From Eledone cirrhosa (taxonomy: Eukaryota), in assembly GCA_964016885.1 (NCBI GenBank), contig OZ024740.1, forward strand, positions 371,504,001-371,568,000: a stretch of DNA of 64,000 nucleotides. Direction: 5' to 3'. This document shows positions 1 through 11,165 of this stretch, piece by piece; the stretch's first letter is position 1; the number at the start of each line of letters is the position of its first letter. The position numbers and the translations under genes were made by a program. A model generated the notes under the pieces. The model was given only the letters and a program-made list of their open reading frames with translations. It had not been told where the DNA came from and made no database searches.

Positions 1-1173
1 CATTCTGTGACCTCTTCAGTGACTGGGGATTCTTTTCTTTGTTTTGTGCCTCTCCTTTGTTCTGTCCTACGCCATCTTGTTTTTGTGTGTGTTGTGTGCT
101 TAGTTTGCGCATATGTTACATCCGGGTGTCTGGGTGTGTTTTTATTTGTTTATTTACATGTTACTAGTTAGTTGTTTGTTCTATGTGTGTGTGTTTTCAT
201 TTTGTCCTTAATTGGAAGTTGTGATGTTGCTATTCCATTCATGTTTTCTATATAATTTTGGTTGGTGTTCATTTATGTTTATTGCCTCTGTGATTTGTCT
301 AAATATTGCGTCTTTTCTGTGTGTAGATTTTATTTTTATTTCTATGTTCTCTAATTTGCCCTTATGTTCTATTTTAGCATGTTGGTGGAGTACTGATGAG
401 TCTTTTCTATCTTGGCGTTCTCGCCAGTGTTCATTTAATCGTTCTCCTATGCTACGAGCTGTCTCACCTATGTACATTATATTTTTATCTTTACATTGTC
501 CTTCAGTACATCTTATGCTATATACTATGTTTCTAGTTTTACAGTTAATATGGAGTCTTAGTTTACAGATTATGCATTTCTTATCTATACAGGGAGGTCT
601 TTGAAAAGGGTATGTATTACTAATAAATGTTTTTATGGAGGTACCTGGTCTTTCTACTATCTTAATATTTAGTTTAAATTTACCTCGGGCCCTTCTAAAT
701 TTATAAGCTAGTTCACCTCTAGGGGTTGTATTGATGAACATAACACTCTGGTATTTATTGTTATCATACAATGAGTTTATTTTATTAACCTTATTCCTAG
801 TTCTTTCTATTCTATTCCAAAATTTGCTCCTATACAAGGGGCAGGTCCCATTTGTATCATTATTTACCATTTTTTCCCATTTGGTTCTGGCTCCTCTATT
901 TACTCTGATTTTATCTCTCTGATTGTAACCAGAAAACAGCATACGGTGGATGAAGTGTTGTATGTGTCTCTCTAGTTCTTTGGGGTTGCACATGCGGGAC
1001 ACGTTCCTCATCACCCTTACTAAATCCGCATTCAGTATGTTGATTTTGGTGTGATCCGAAGCAGCTGAGTTTCGGTGGATCAGGTATTTGGAAGTCATGG
1101 GTTTGGCATAATGGGAATGGAGGATTTGTTTTTTGTTATTAATGGTTTCTAGCCAGAGCTCTGTATCTAGTAC
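1..1173 (-). mobile_element. Penelope-like element (family A), ORF plus 3' UTR, running off the window start
   Basis: ORF above followed by a 3' UTR. Positions 1-24 are the reverse complement of the 5' half of the family A hammerhead. Confidence 0.9.
208..1173 (-). pseudogene. 5'-truncated Penelope-like retroelement ORF: RT C-terminus/thumb, Cys-rich linker and GIY-YIG endonuclease
   Basis: The frame stays open upstream of the listed ATG (VLDTELWLETINNKKQILHSHYAKPMTSKYLIH...). It contains CIDKKCIIC, then NIVYSIRC...MYIGETARSIGERLNEH...HQH...RQITEAINI, the PLE GIY-YIG signature. Confidence 0.92.
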
Positions 1174-1834
1174 AAAGACATCCGTGTATAGATAAGAAAT
1201 GCATAATCTGTAAACTAAGCCCCCATATTAACTGTAAAACTAGAAACATAGTATATAACATAAGATGTACTGAGGGACAATGTACAGATAAAAATATAAA
1301 AAAAAATATAATGTACATAGGTGAGACAGCTCGTAGCATAGGAGAACGATTAAATGAACACTGGCGAGAACGCCAAGATAGAAAATACTCATCAGTACTC
1401 CACCAACATGCTAAAATAGAACATAAGGGCAAATTAGAGAACATAGAAATAAAAATAAAATCTACACACAGAAAAGACGCAATGTTTAGACAAATCACAG
1501 ACGCAATAAACATAAATGAACTCCAACCAAAATTATATAGAAAACATGAATGGAATAGCAACATCACAACTTCCAATTAAGGACAAAATGAAAACACACA
1601 CACATAGAACAAACAACTAACTAGTAACATGTAAATAAACAAATAAAAACACACACAGACACCCGGATGTAACACATGCGCAAACTGAGCACACAACACA
1701 CACAAAAACAAGATGGCGTAGGACAGAACAAAGGAGAGGCACAAAACAAAGAAAAGAATCCCCAGTCACTGAAGAGGTCACAGAATGTGTGACGAAAGAA
1801 CGTGACAATATATGAACCATCCGGTTGTGGAACC
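1172..1834 (+). mobile_element. Inverted partial copy (pLTR-like) of the same Penelope-like element; its 3' end resumes at about 4299-4395
   Basis: Near-identical reverse complement of about 1-602, including the GIY-YIG tail ORF 1311-1580. The sequence after GGTTGTGGAACC continues at about 4300 exactly as in the uninterrupted copy at 16670-16805. Confidence 0.9.
1765..1806 (+). ncRNA. Minimal type I hammerhead ribozyme motif (family A, degenerate at the cleavage site)
   Basis: GTCA-CTGAAGA-G-GTCAC(agaatgt)GTGAC-GAAA-gaacg-TGAC. Stems I and II pair; the UH site is altered. Confidence 0.6.
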
Positions 1835-2223
1835 TGTAATGACCTACATTCCGCGGGCTCACATACATTCTCTGTGCGTGATTTGGCCAATCAGCGCCAG
1901 TAGAAGAGGATGTATCCCTACGCGCCCTGAGGGAGAAATTACCCGAAAAGATTTGAAGAATCTCTCTCTCCAACCAGGAACTTCGAACCAGCAACACGTA
2001 CAATGTGATGGTGAGATTTTGCACCCTAGCCTGCCGGCTTTCCGGCGCAATGGCACATTCCCTTTTGTAACCGCATTTTTATGTGTAACTTCAACCATGC
2101 AAGTTGACCAACATTATTTGTGCTACAACAAAAATAAACATACATTTCATCTCTAATTTCTGCTGTTGAAATCATTATTATGTTACTCGTGTCTCAATGA
2201 CATATATAATCCATCCTGCTAAA
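1835..2223 (+). repeat. 5' LTR
   Basis: TGTAATGACC...GCTAAA, repeated at 3910-4298; contains AATAAA. Confidence 0.88.
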
Positions 2224-2224
2224 C

Positions 2225-2237
2225 TGGTGACCGACGT
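2225..2237 (+). promoter_or_regulatory. Primer binding site, tRNA-Trp-like
   Basis: TGGTGACCGACGT lies 1 nt after the LTR. The canonical tRNA-Trp PBS is TGGTGACCCCGACGT, so this has a 2-nt deletion. Confidence 0.7.
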
Positions 2238-3897
2238 AAGAATTTTACGAAGCATTCTGTTCAATGCAACTTGCGAAAATACAAAACATCCCTTTTAAAA
2301 TTGTTAAAAAATTAGCAGTATTTCAAAAACTTTTCGCCACGAGGAAATTTCAAAATGGCTACCGACAAGTCCTGTCTACAATCAACAATGACAACAGCAG
2401 CGGCAGCAGCGACAACATTGTTTAGCCACTAACCAACAACAGGGAATAGTGAGATGGCAGCTTCATAGCCTTACTGACGCAACCACCACACATCATATTG
2501 TTGACTTCCACGCTTTCACCTGTTCTATCGTCTCTACCGTTTAAAAAGAGAAAAAAATAAAATATGGAAGTAGTTTTTTTAAAAAAAGAACAACACGTGG
2601 TTTAACTTTTGCGAACTCGCCAACGACAACATCTTGGAAGAAAAAAAAAAATTTGCTGTATTTTCAAAATTATAGCCCGGAGACATTTTTCTTTCCATAC
2701 GGCTTCCTGCAATGCAAACAAGTAACACATGGCTAACTATTAACCAACACCAGGGAACGGCTTGTAACTTTGCCGACGCAACCACCATACCTTCTGTCTC
2801 GTTACCACAGGGACTCGAGAAATTAGGACAGTAGTTTTCTCACCATTATGGCGTCAGACGTGGCTGCCATGTTGGTGACTTCTGCTCTACAGAAGATTCA
2901 TTGTGACTTTGCTTTAACAACAATAAAAAATCTCCTAGCTCCCTAGTAAGAGCGTTCCCAAAGAAAAAAGAAGCGAACTTTTTGTTAAAAGAAAGGAAAC
3001 AATTCTTTCTTTCTTCCTTTTTTTTCAGGCATTTATTTTGGACATTTATTTTTTTTAAACTGTGTTATATGAAAATTCATTTCTCTCTATCATTGTATAT
3101 GTGACCGCACGCACACATTTTCTTTGCTGTATTACATGCCTGTATATGTACACACACCAACATGTTGTTCTTGGTATATGTTCTTCAAACGTAATATTCT
3201 GCGAGATCCCTTTTCACCTGGTGGAGGTGCCGTCACATGCTAGCGACTCATAGAGTTTAATTTACCTGGATTCAAACAGACACCGCAACACGAGAATGCT
3301 AATTGCAGCTGAACTCAAACAGTTTCGCATCTTGTTGCACACTGATCGTCCATGACGGCCTCCATCTTGTTGTTTTGCCCGACTCGCTGGGAAAGCAACA
3401 AATAGAACTGGACTTGTCGGCATTTCCACCACTTCTGTGGATTCGCCCGAATTATGGAATTTACATTGCAACCCACCTACAGATTAAACTTGCTTTTTTT
3501 CTTATCAAAGCAACCAGCCATTTTTTCCTGGCTCCCTAGCACATTCGGCAATACATCTGGGAGGCCAACATTTTCTCGCCTACCCATCATCTTCTTGCCA
3601 GCACTGGTAAACTACCATAATAGCTTCGTCCACAGCTACTGGTACAACACTTACCATTAACATTTAATGCAAGAACAGCAACTTCGCCCATGTCAGACTT
3701 TATCTGTTTTCTGGTAGACCTTTGGTGGTCACGTATAAACTACAAAACAGCTAGTCATTTGACAGCGGCTCAACACGGCCCGTCGCGCCTCATTTTTTTT
3801 TCTTGCATGCATCCTTCTGCTCAATTATTTTTTTAAACTGATGTGCTCTTTCAGCATTTGTTCTTGCTGATTCAATAATCTGTATCGACTTCCGTCT

Positions 3898-3909
3898 AGG
3901 AGGGGATAT
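3898..3909 (+). promoter_or_regulatory. Polypurine tract
   Basis: AGGAGGGGATAT immediately 5' of the 3' LTR. Confidence 0.75.
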
Positions 3910-4298
3910 TGTAGTGACCTACATTCCGCGGGCTCACATACATTCTCTGTGCGTGATTTGGCCAATCAGCGCCAGTAGAAGAGGATGTATCCCTACGCGC
4001 CCTGAGGGAGAAATTACCCGAAAAGGTTTGAAGAATCTCTCTCTCCAACCAGGAACTTCGAACCAGCAACACGTACAATGTGACGGTGAGATTTTGCACC
4101 CTAGCCTGCCGGCTTTCCGGCGCAATGGCACATTCCCTTTTGTAACCTCATTTTTATGTGTAACTTCAACCATGCAAGTTGACCAACATTATTTGTGCTA
4201 CAACAAAAATAAACATACATTTCATCTCTAATTTCTGCTGTTGAAATCATTATTATGTTACTCGTGTCTCAATGACATATATAATCTATTCTGCTAAA
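3910..4298 (+). repeat. 3' LTR
   Basis: TGTAGTGACC...GCTAAA, about 98% identical to the 5' LTR. Confidence 0.88.
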
Positions 4299-4390
4299 TA
4301 CCAACCAACAAACCGGAAATTTATAATAAATTGAAGTGAAAGTAGGTGGTGCGTGTGTTTCTTATTGGCAACATGACCCTCCCAAAGTAT

Positions 4391-4462
<72 letters not shown>

Positions 4463-4669
4463 ATATATATGTGATGAAACACAGATACCAACACATCTGT
4501 ATATATATTGCAAAAGAAAATTTAGCCAGATTGAAGTATACTAATTATTATACTACAGTTTGTCCATATCGATTTAAAATAATAAATCAACAAAGACGAA
4601 CTGCATTGCCAAAAGGCTATGATGTTTAGACACATTTAAATTTCAAAATCAAACCTGTTCCGTAGATAA

Positions 4670-4745
4670 GTTTAAACTTTAAAATCCAAATATGTTTCGA
4701 GATAAATAAGTGTAGGAATATCATGTCCTTCTCTCCTCAGTAAAC
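4670..4745 (-). ncRNA. Type I hammerhead ribozyme motif (514-bp unit, copy 1)
   Basis: Reverse complement of the motif at 5511-5586. Confidence 0.72.
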
Positions 4746-5159
4746 ATCCAGGGACAAATTGAAAAGACTGTGTGACGCACATGGTTTAACAGTATCTAGC
4801 TAGTCTCATAACCGTACTGCTAGAAATAACAGTCGTATATATGAGGCGGCTTTCAGCTCAGACTAGGAGCAGTTATATTAATAAGGTAATGAATTCTTTT
4901 ACAATGGAATTAGCTCGAAGGAGGAAAATACCCCTGAGCCGTGGATAAACTAATATATATGTGATGAAACACAGATACCAACACATCTGTATATATATTG
5001 CAAAAGAAAATTTAGCCAGATTGAAGTATACTAATTATTATACTACAGTTTGTCCATATCGATTTAAAATAATAAATCAACAAAGACGAACTGCATTGCC
5101 AAAAGGCTATGATGTTTAGACACATTTAAATTTCAAAATCAAACCTGTTCCGTAGATAA

Positions 5160-5235
5160 GTTTAAACTTTAAAATCCAAATATGTTTCGAGATAAATAAG
5201 TGTAGGAATATCATGTCCTTCTCTCCTCAGTAAAC
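5160..5235 (-). ncRNA. Type I hammerhead ribozyme motif (514-bp unit, copy 2)
   Basis: Reverse complement of the motif at 5511-5586. Confidence 0.72.
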
Positions 5236-5510
5236 ATCCAGGGACAAATTGATATGCTTCACTTCTAAATAATTTAAAAGACTGTATCCACGGCTCAGGG
5301 GTATTTTCCTCCTTCGAGCTAATTCCATTGTAAAAGAATTCATTACCTTATTAATATAACTGCTCCTAGTCTGAGCTGAAAGCCGCCTCATATATACGAC
5401 TGTTATTTCTAGCAGTACGGTTATGAGACTAGCTAGATACTGTTAAACCATGTGCGTCACACAGTCTTTTAAATTATTTAGAAGTGAAGCATATCAATTT
5501 GTCCCTGGAT

Positions 5511-5586
5511 GTTTACTGAGGAGAGAAGGACATGATATTCCTTCACTTATTTATCTCGAAACATATTTGGATTTTAAAGTTTAAAC
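5511..5586 (+). ncRNA. Type I hammerhead ribozyme motif (514-bp unit, copy 3)
   Basis: GTTTA-CTGAGGA-GAGA[AGGA..TCCT..]TCTC-GAA-AC(atatttggattttaaa)GT-T-TAAAC. The core is intact, stems I, II and III pair, and the triplet is GUU. Confidence 0.75.
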
Positions 5587-5864
5587 TTATCTACGGAACA
5601 GGTTTGATTTTGAAATTTAAATGTGTCTAAACATCATAGCCTTTTGGCAATGCAGTTCGTCTTTGTTGATTTATTATTTTAAATCGATATGGACAAACTG
5701 TAGTATAATAATTAGTATACTTCAATCTGGCTAAATTTTCTTTTGCAATATATATACAGATGTGTTGGTATCTGTGTTTCATCACATATATATTAGTTTA
5801 TCCACGGCTCAGGGGTATTTTCCTCCTTCGAGCTAATTCCATTGTAAAAGAATTCATTACCTTA

Positions 5865-5969
<105 letters not shown>

Positions 5970-5996
5970 CATATATATATATGTGTGTGTGTGTAA

Positions 5997-6290
5997 AGGC
6001 GCATGAGTTAATGGTTAGAGAGCTGGATTTCCAATCGTGAGATTGTGAGCGTTCTATTCTCGGATAGGATGCTGCGTTGTGTCCTTGAGCAAGAAGCTTT
6101 ATTTTACTTTGCTGACCTGTGAATATGAGTTGCGACCTCACTGGTGCTAAGCTGTAATGGTGGCGTGGAGAATGGTGACAGTTATGCACGGACGATTGCT
6201 GGCCTTCCACAAAACCACCTTACCTGGTCTTGTGCCTTGGAAGTGAACTTTCTCGATGTAAAACCCAATACTGTTTCGTTTAGTTGTAGA
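5997..6290 (+). mobile_element. tRNA-derived SINE with a CORE-like domain
   Basis: Degenerate A and B boxes (GAGTTAATGG ... GTTCTATTC) followed by GTTGTGTCCTTGAGCAAG. Confidence 0.7.
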
Positions 6291-6467
6291 ATTAACCGCA
6301 TTCACGTTACCGGTGCTTTTGAGCAACCATCCTGAGAATCTTAACAGGGAAAAGTTGAGATTCTCATGATGTTTTCAATCTCAAAAGCCCAGGCTGAGTG
6401 AATGCAGTTATTTCTATAACTAAACTAAACAGCATTGCAGATTCGCTCTCACCTCTACTCACACTAA

Positions 6468-7055
6468 AATAATTATTTTTACATTTGGTAAAGGCCAGTA
6501 AGTTGAAGGGAAGGGGAAAGTAGATTAAATTGACATCAGTACGTCACTGGTTCTTTATTTCAACTACACCGTAAGGATGAAAGGCAAAATTGGCGGGATT
6601 TGAGCTCAGAACATAGATAATCGTAACTGAATGCCACAACGCGTTTTGTCAAACGCTCTACCGATACTGCTAATACACTGCCCTCACCCTCTTTTAATAA
6701 TGGTTTCTGCTTTAGGCACAAGGCCAACAATGTTTTGGGAGGGAGAAAGTCGATCAAATTGACCCCAGTGCGTTATTGGTACTATATTTTATAGACACCG
6801 CACGGATGAAAGGCAAAGCTAACCTTGGAGGGAATTTGCATTCAGGAATAAAGGGCCGTAGCTCTATGCTGTAAAGCATGATGTTAGACACTTTACCGAT
6901 ACCGCTAATCCACCGCCCTTTTTAAATAATTGTTTCTACTTTTGGCACAAGGCCAGTAATTTACCCAGTCTATTACTGGTACTTTATTTTATCGACCCCG
7001 TAAGGAAGGATGAAAGGCAAAGTTAACCTCGGCGGGATTTGAACTCAGAACGTAA
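6468..7055 (-). mobile_element. Three head-to-tail copies of a tRNA-derived SINE (about 6468-6682, 6695-6918, 6926-7055)
   Basis: Each copy has B box GAGTTCAAATCC or a variant, the core TTTGCCTTTCATCCTT.CGG.GT, and a 3' end GGCCTTGTGCC..AAGTAGAAAC-ATTATT. Confidence 0.85.
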
Positions 7056-7461
7056 ATGAAACTAAATCTTATTAGGTTATTACTCAAGATTATTGCACAT
7101 ATAATCATCCATTTAATCAAATTTAATCAGTTTTATTAATTCCAGATTTTCTTTTTAAGGCAGTTGATAACAGAAATAATAACATAGGAAATATCTTTAG
7201 TTGTTTCTCTGACTTAGCGCTGCTTTTCATCTCTCAGGGATCGAAAAAAATATTTAATTGACTCTATTCAATCTACTCCTCCATAAAAATTGTGACCTTG
7301 TTTCCTTCTAATAATTAATTACACTAATTAGCTTTAATAATTAATAATTTTCATAATTCATTATTTGTATCGTTATATCTCACCCCCACATACACAACAC
7401 ACACACATATATATATATACACATACATACACACACACATACACACACATACACACACATA

Positions 7462-7505
<44 letters not shown>

Positions 7506-8017
7506 TACAAAATATTGAACAGTGAAAACAAATAAAACAAAGTCTTGTAGCTAATTAATCCATTGTTTTATGATCGTTTCAAAGGGCAAAATATATTGAT
7601 TAATCGATAGTTATTACGCAACTCCATAGTATTAACCTCGACAAAATACATCAATTCCACCCTTCATTCTCAGAAACCTCGGTTACTGAGGATGAACGGC
7701 AGAATAGATGCATAACTACAATTGATTAGTCAATATATCGATAATAGTTCTATTTACTTCACCCTTTGATATGATTATAAAACAATGGATTATTTAACGA
7801 TTAAGCCTTGCTTTATTTGTTTTTTTTATGTTCAACATTATATATCTTTGTGTGCAGTGTTTGCATACTCAACGATATGTAATAAGATAACACTTTTTCA
7901 AAAAATAAATTTCGCTTTACAACGATAGAATATTCACACCAACACTAACTGCATTCAGTTTTAATAGGGTTATAATTCCGACCTTAACTGAGTAGAATAT
8001 TAATGCATATATATATA

Positions 8018-8090
8018 AAAATGGCGTAGGCATTACAATACAACGGGAGGAAACAATAGTACAACTGATGATGTCACAGATGAGTGAACT
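8018..8090 (+). mobile_element. Diverged family A PLE 3' UTR fragment with the 5' half of a hammerhead
   Basis: ATGGCGTAGG...CTGATGATGTCACAGATGAGTGA aligns with ATGGCGTAGG...CTGAAGAGGTCACAGAATGTGTGAC at 1713-1793. Confidence 0.45.
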
Positions 8091-9400
8091 CCCCACCCTT
8101 ATTCCTTTAGCCTTCGACCGCCCCCTCCCCCCACACTTATCCCCCACTAACACCACTAACACACCCCTCCTTTTCACCGCCCACCCCACAACTAACAATA
8201 CTAACACCTCCACTCCACCCCTCATCTGACCACCCTTCCCCAACTAACATACTAACACCCCCCCCTCTTCTCCTCCACCCCCTCCTTATCACACGCACAC
8301 ACCCACCGGCACATATATACACGCGCTCACACTAAACACACACCCTACTACCACCACTAACCCTCACCCCCACACCTCCACCCCACCACCCCGCAACTAA
8401 CCTCACTAACACTCCTAACCCCAAGCACACGAACACAGGCACCCACTTACACCACCCACCCCACACGCAACTAACATCACTAACACCCCCCAACCCCACG
8501 CACACGTACCCACACACCCTCGTACACCACCAACTCTACACACCCTACCACCACTAACCCCCACTCACACCTGCATTCAATCCCTCCCCACCTCCCGTAT
8601 ACTAACACCCACTAACACCTCTTCATCAAACTACACACACACCAGTACACCACACTCCCTCCATAGAACCACACACACCCTTCTCTCCCCGCTCCACCCA
8701 CACCCTCGCTCCACACTCACTCATCCCACTAACACCTCTACTAATACACACACACACACCCTCCTCACTCCCGCTTTCACACCTACCCATCCTCGCCCCT
8801 TTACCATTCCACCGACTGCTGCTATGCCCTCTGACCACCTCAAACAGACACAAACAGACACACAGCATTCCCACTGCTTGACCACTTCCTGTTGCGCGCG
8901 CACCCCACATCTCTCCTCTTCCGACCATCGCTTCATGGAATACCCACACGCAGAAATTGACCAACAACGAATCCACTAAACATCTTCGGAATTTACCCAC
9001 TTTTCAACCATCCTCTTACGTAATCACCTATATAACTCACCCACACACACACCCCCCAACATTTTTTTTCTCCACACGCCACCTACACCCACAACACGCT
9101 TAAACCCCACACACACGTGCTTTCCACCACATATTTACACCCTCAGCCTCCTGATTCCTCTCCCCCACCCCTCTATCCACACACGCACAGACACTCCGAC
9201 CCCCCCCCCCACACACCTCTTCCTGAACATGCAACCCCGTTCTTCCCCAACCCTTACTTTCACATACACACACACACACACGCACACCTACACACACACC
9301 ACCTTCAGCCCTCCCCGCTCGGACACCCGTCTCCCTCTCCCCACTCCACCCGCCACCACCCCTACACACCTCACACCCTTCCATCACCCGTTTTACCCCC
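8091..9400 (+). other. Highly C/A-rich, G-poor low-complexity tract; possibly a poorly resolved or degenerate PLE body
   Basis: No regular period. It has an LPVAR-like remnant near 8885 and is followed by a PLE-type 3' UTR with a hammerhead. Confidence 0.35.
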
Positions 9401-9589
9401 CTTTTAATTTCAGTTTATTTTGATCATGCCTTTATATTTTAAATTTATCTCATTACTTGTATTTTGATCATGCTTTATTTTTATTTTTATCTTTATTTTT
9501 TATTTTTTCATTCGCACCGTTTCCTTTCGCTATATGTCTCTCCACCACTCCCCTACACACCCTTTGAACTCTGTTCCCATACACTTCTC

Positions 9590-9621
9590 ACCTGAGGAAG
9601 GGCTTATGCCCGAAACGTCGT
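9590..9621 (+). ncRNA. Minimal type I hammerhead ribozyme (classic PLE-associated form)
   Basis: AC-CTGAGGA-A-GGGC(ttat)GCCC-GAA-ACGT-C-GT, with palindromic ACGT helix III and a GUC triplet. AATAAA and (TA)n lie downstream. Confidence 0.82.
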
Positions 9622-9709
9622 CCCCCACCAACACCCCACTCTCCAGAGCGTGAAATTAATAAACATTCGTTGTACTGCCTCTCTGTTTTGTCCCTGTTCA
9701 AATTTTTCC

Positions 9710-9739
<30 letters not shown>

Positions 9740-9744
<5 letters not shown>

Positions 9745-9925
9745 GTTTCTACTTTTGGCACAAGGCCAGCAATACCCAGTACATTACTGGTACTTTATTT
9801 TATCGACCCCATAAGGATGAAAGGCAAAGTTAACCTCGACGGGATTTGAACTCAGACCGTAAAGGGACGTAACTATGCTAGAAAGCATGGCGTGCAACCC
9901 TCTACCGGTACTGCCAATTCACCTG
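9740..9925 (-). mobile_element. Full-length tRNA-derived SINE with its 3' end in a (TA)n tract
   Basis: A box TGGCAGTACCGG, B box GAGTTCAAATCC, core CTTTGCCTTTCATCCTTATGGGGTCGATAAAATAAAGTACCAG, end GTAGAAACAATTA. Confidence 0.88.
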
Positions 9926-9964
9926 ATATTAAATAAATGGAAACTATATTTATAAAACCATATT

Positions 9965-10026
9965 TATTCTATTATATATATTTCAAGGGTACCACAAATT
10001 TTGGTACGCTTTCATCAGATAAAATA
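9965..10026 (-). ncRNA. Type I hammerhead ribozyme motif
   Basis: TATTTTAT-CTGATGA-AAGcGTACC(aaaatttgt)GGTACcCTT-GAA-ATATATAT-A-ATAGAATA: intact core, 8-bp stem I, 8-bp stem II. Confidence 0.8.
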
Positions 10027-10119
10027 CAAAATGTTTTATAAATATTTGACATGACCAAGGATATTATACCTTAACGGTTCAAGTTATCCCTGGAAAGTCA
10101 AATATTTAAATATCTCTTC

Positions 10120-10158
<39 letters not shown>

Positions 10159-10293
10159 CTGTATTTTTGCGCAACCGGTAAAAACTTAAAACCAAATCTG
10201 AATACTAACCAATACTTATTACTAATTTTTACTTATTCCTAATTAAACTATTTTTCACTGGGAACAATTTGTCAGCATTTTCTTTGCCTTTTA

Positions 10294-10350
<57 letters not shown>

Positions 10351-10432
10351 GTTATTCCGGGTTGAATCGGAGGTAACCACAGTAAGTAAGGTACTCAATA
10401 CATTGCAGAGTATAAAAGTTTTAATATAGATG

Positions 10433-10483
10433 AGATTCTACAGGACTAGAACTGTTTCATTCTTTAGAAATCATCAGGAATCT
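10433..10483 (-). ncRNA. Type I hammerhead ribozyme motif (inverted copy)
   Basis: Exact reverse complement of 10532-10582. Confidence 0.78.
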
Positions 10484-10527
10484 CTGATGATTTCTAAAGA
10501 ATGAAACAGTTCTAGTCCTGTAGAATC
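10484..10527 (+). ncRNA. Partial hammerhead copy lacking the 5' strand of stem I
   Basis: CTGATGA...GAAACAG...CTGTAGAATC, a direct repeat of 10538-10581. Confidence 0.6.
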
Positions 10528-10531
10528 CTGT

Positions 10532-10582
10532 AGATTCCTGATGATTTCTAAAGAATGAAACAGTTCTAGTCCTGTAGAATCT
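10532..10582 (+). ncRNA. Type I hammerhead ribozyme motif
   Basis: AGATTC-CTGATGA-T-TTC(taaa)GAA-T-GAA-ACAG(ttctagtc)CTGT-A-GAATCT: GUA triplet, 6-bp stem I, 4-bp stem III, U-U at the base of stem II. Confidence 0.78.
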
Positions 10583-10611
10583 CATCTATATTAAAACTAT
10601 ATATATATATA

Positions 10612-10903
10612 TATAATAACTAGAAATTGATTAACATATATATAAACATGAATAATCACAGGAGATAATTTTTACAAGTGTGTAAGCACACATAGCTAGG
10701 TAGGTAGCTAAATAAAGTTGACCAGAACTTCAAAAATAGATACCTTATAATATGATTAATCATATTCTAAGGTATCTATTTTTGAAGTTCTGGTCAACTT
10801 TATTTAGTTACCTACCTAGCTATGTGTGCTTACACACTTGTAAAAATTATCTCCTGTGATTATTCATGTTTATATATATGTTAATCAATTTCTAGTTATT
10901 ATA
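10612..10903. repeat. Spacer-less palindrome with about 146-bp arms; the right arm continues to about 11020
   Basis: Centre TATGATT|AATCATA at 10757/10758; about 2 mismatches; (TA)n on both sides. Related fragments occur at 14976-15130 and 15425-15495. Confidence 0.9.
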
Positions 10904-11041
10904 AAATGCTCGGACCTACTCGTTAGAATCTTGGAGCTTATTTTCCGGGTGATATGGCGCATGTCTTTCTGGCATGACACCCATAATTTTGATTTAGATT
11001 AAATTCATTTAATTTATCTTAATTATATATATATATTTATC

Positions 11042-11094
<53 letters not shown>

Positions 11095-11095
<1 letters not shown>

Positions 11096-11150
11096 GAGGA
11101 CTCTGTTCCTCATAGCCCTCTCAGGAATAAGTGGGCGAAGAGGAAGAATA
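11095..11150 (+). mobile_element. Very short RTE 3' end, tail-to-tail with the next copy
   Basis: Diverged reverse complement of 11166-11215, ending in a GAAGAGGAAGAA tail. Confidence 0.6.
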
Positions 11151-11165
11151 CATATATGTATATAA

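Larger units (their letters stand above)
1835..4298 (+). mobile_element. Non-autonomous LTR retrotransposon (2.46 kb) with a decayed, non-coding interior
   Basis: 389-bp direct repeats at 1835-2223 and 3910-4298 start with TGTA and differ at about 6 positions. A PBS and a PPT sit at the expected positions. Probable 4-bp TSD AACC/TACC. Confidence 0.88.

Noticed and set aside
212-2156. ORFs 212-604, 1139-1576, 1617-2024 and 1812-2156
   Set aside because: They are antisense shadows of the PLE ORF or chance frames across the UTR and LTR
7663-7696. CTGAGGA and GAAAC near each other as a hammerhead
   Set aside because: The sequence folds as a simple hairpin and no three-way junction can be formed
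5997-9925. tRNA genes
   Set aside because: The A and B boxes belong to SINE heads and no complete cloverleaf is present
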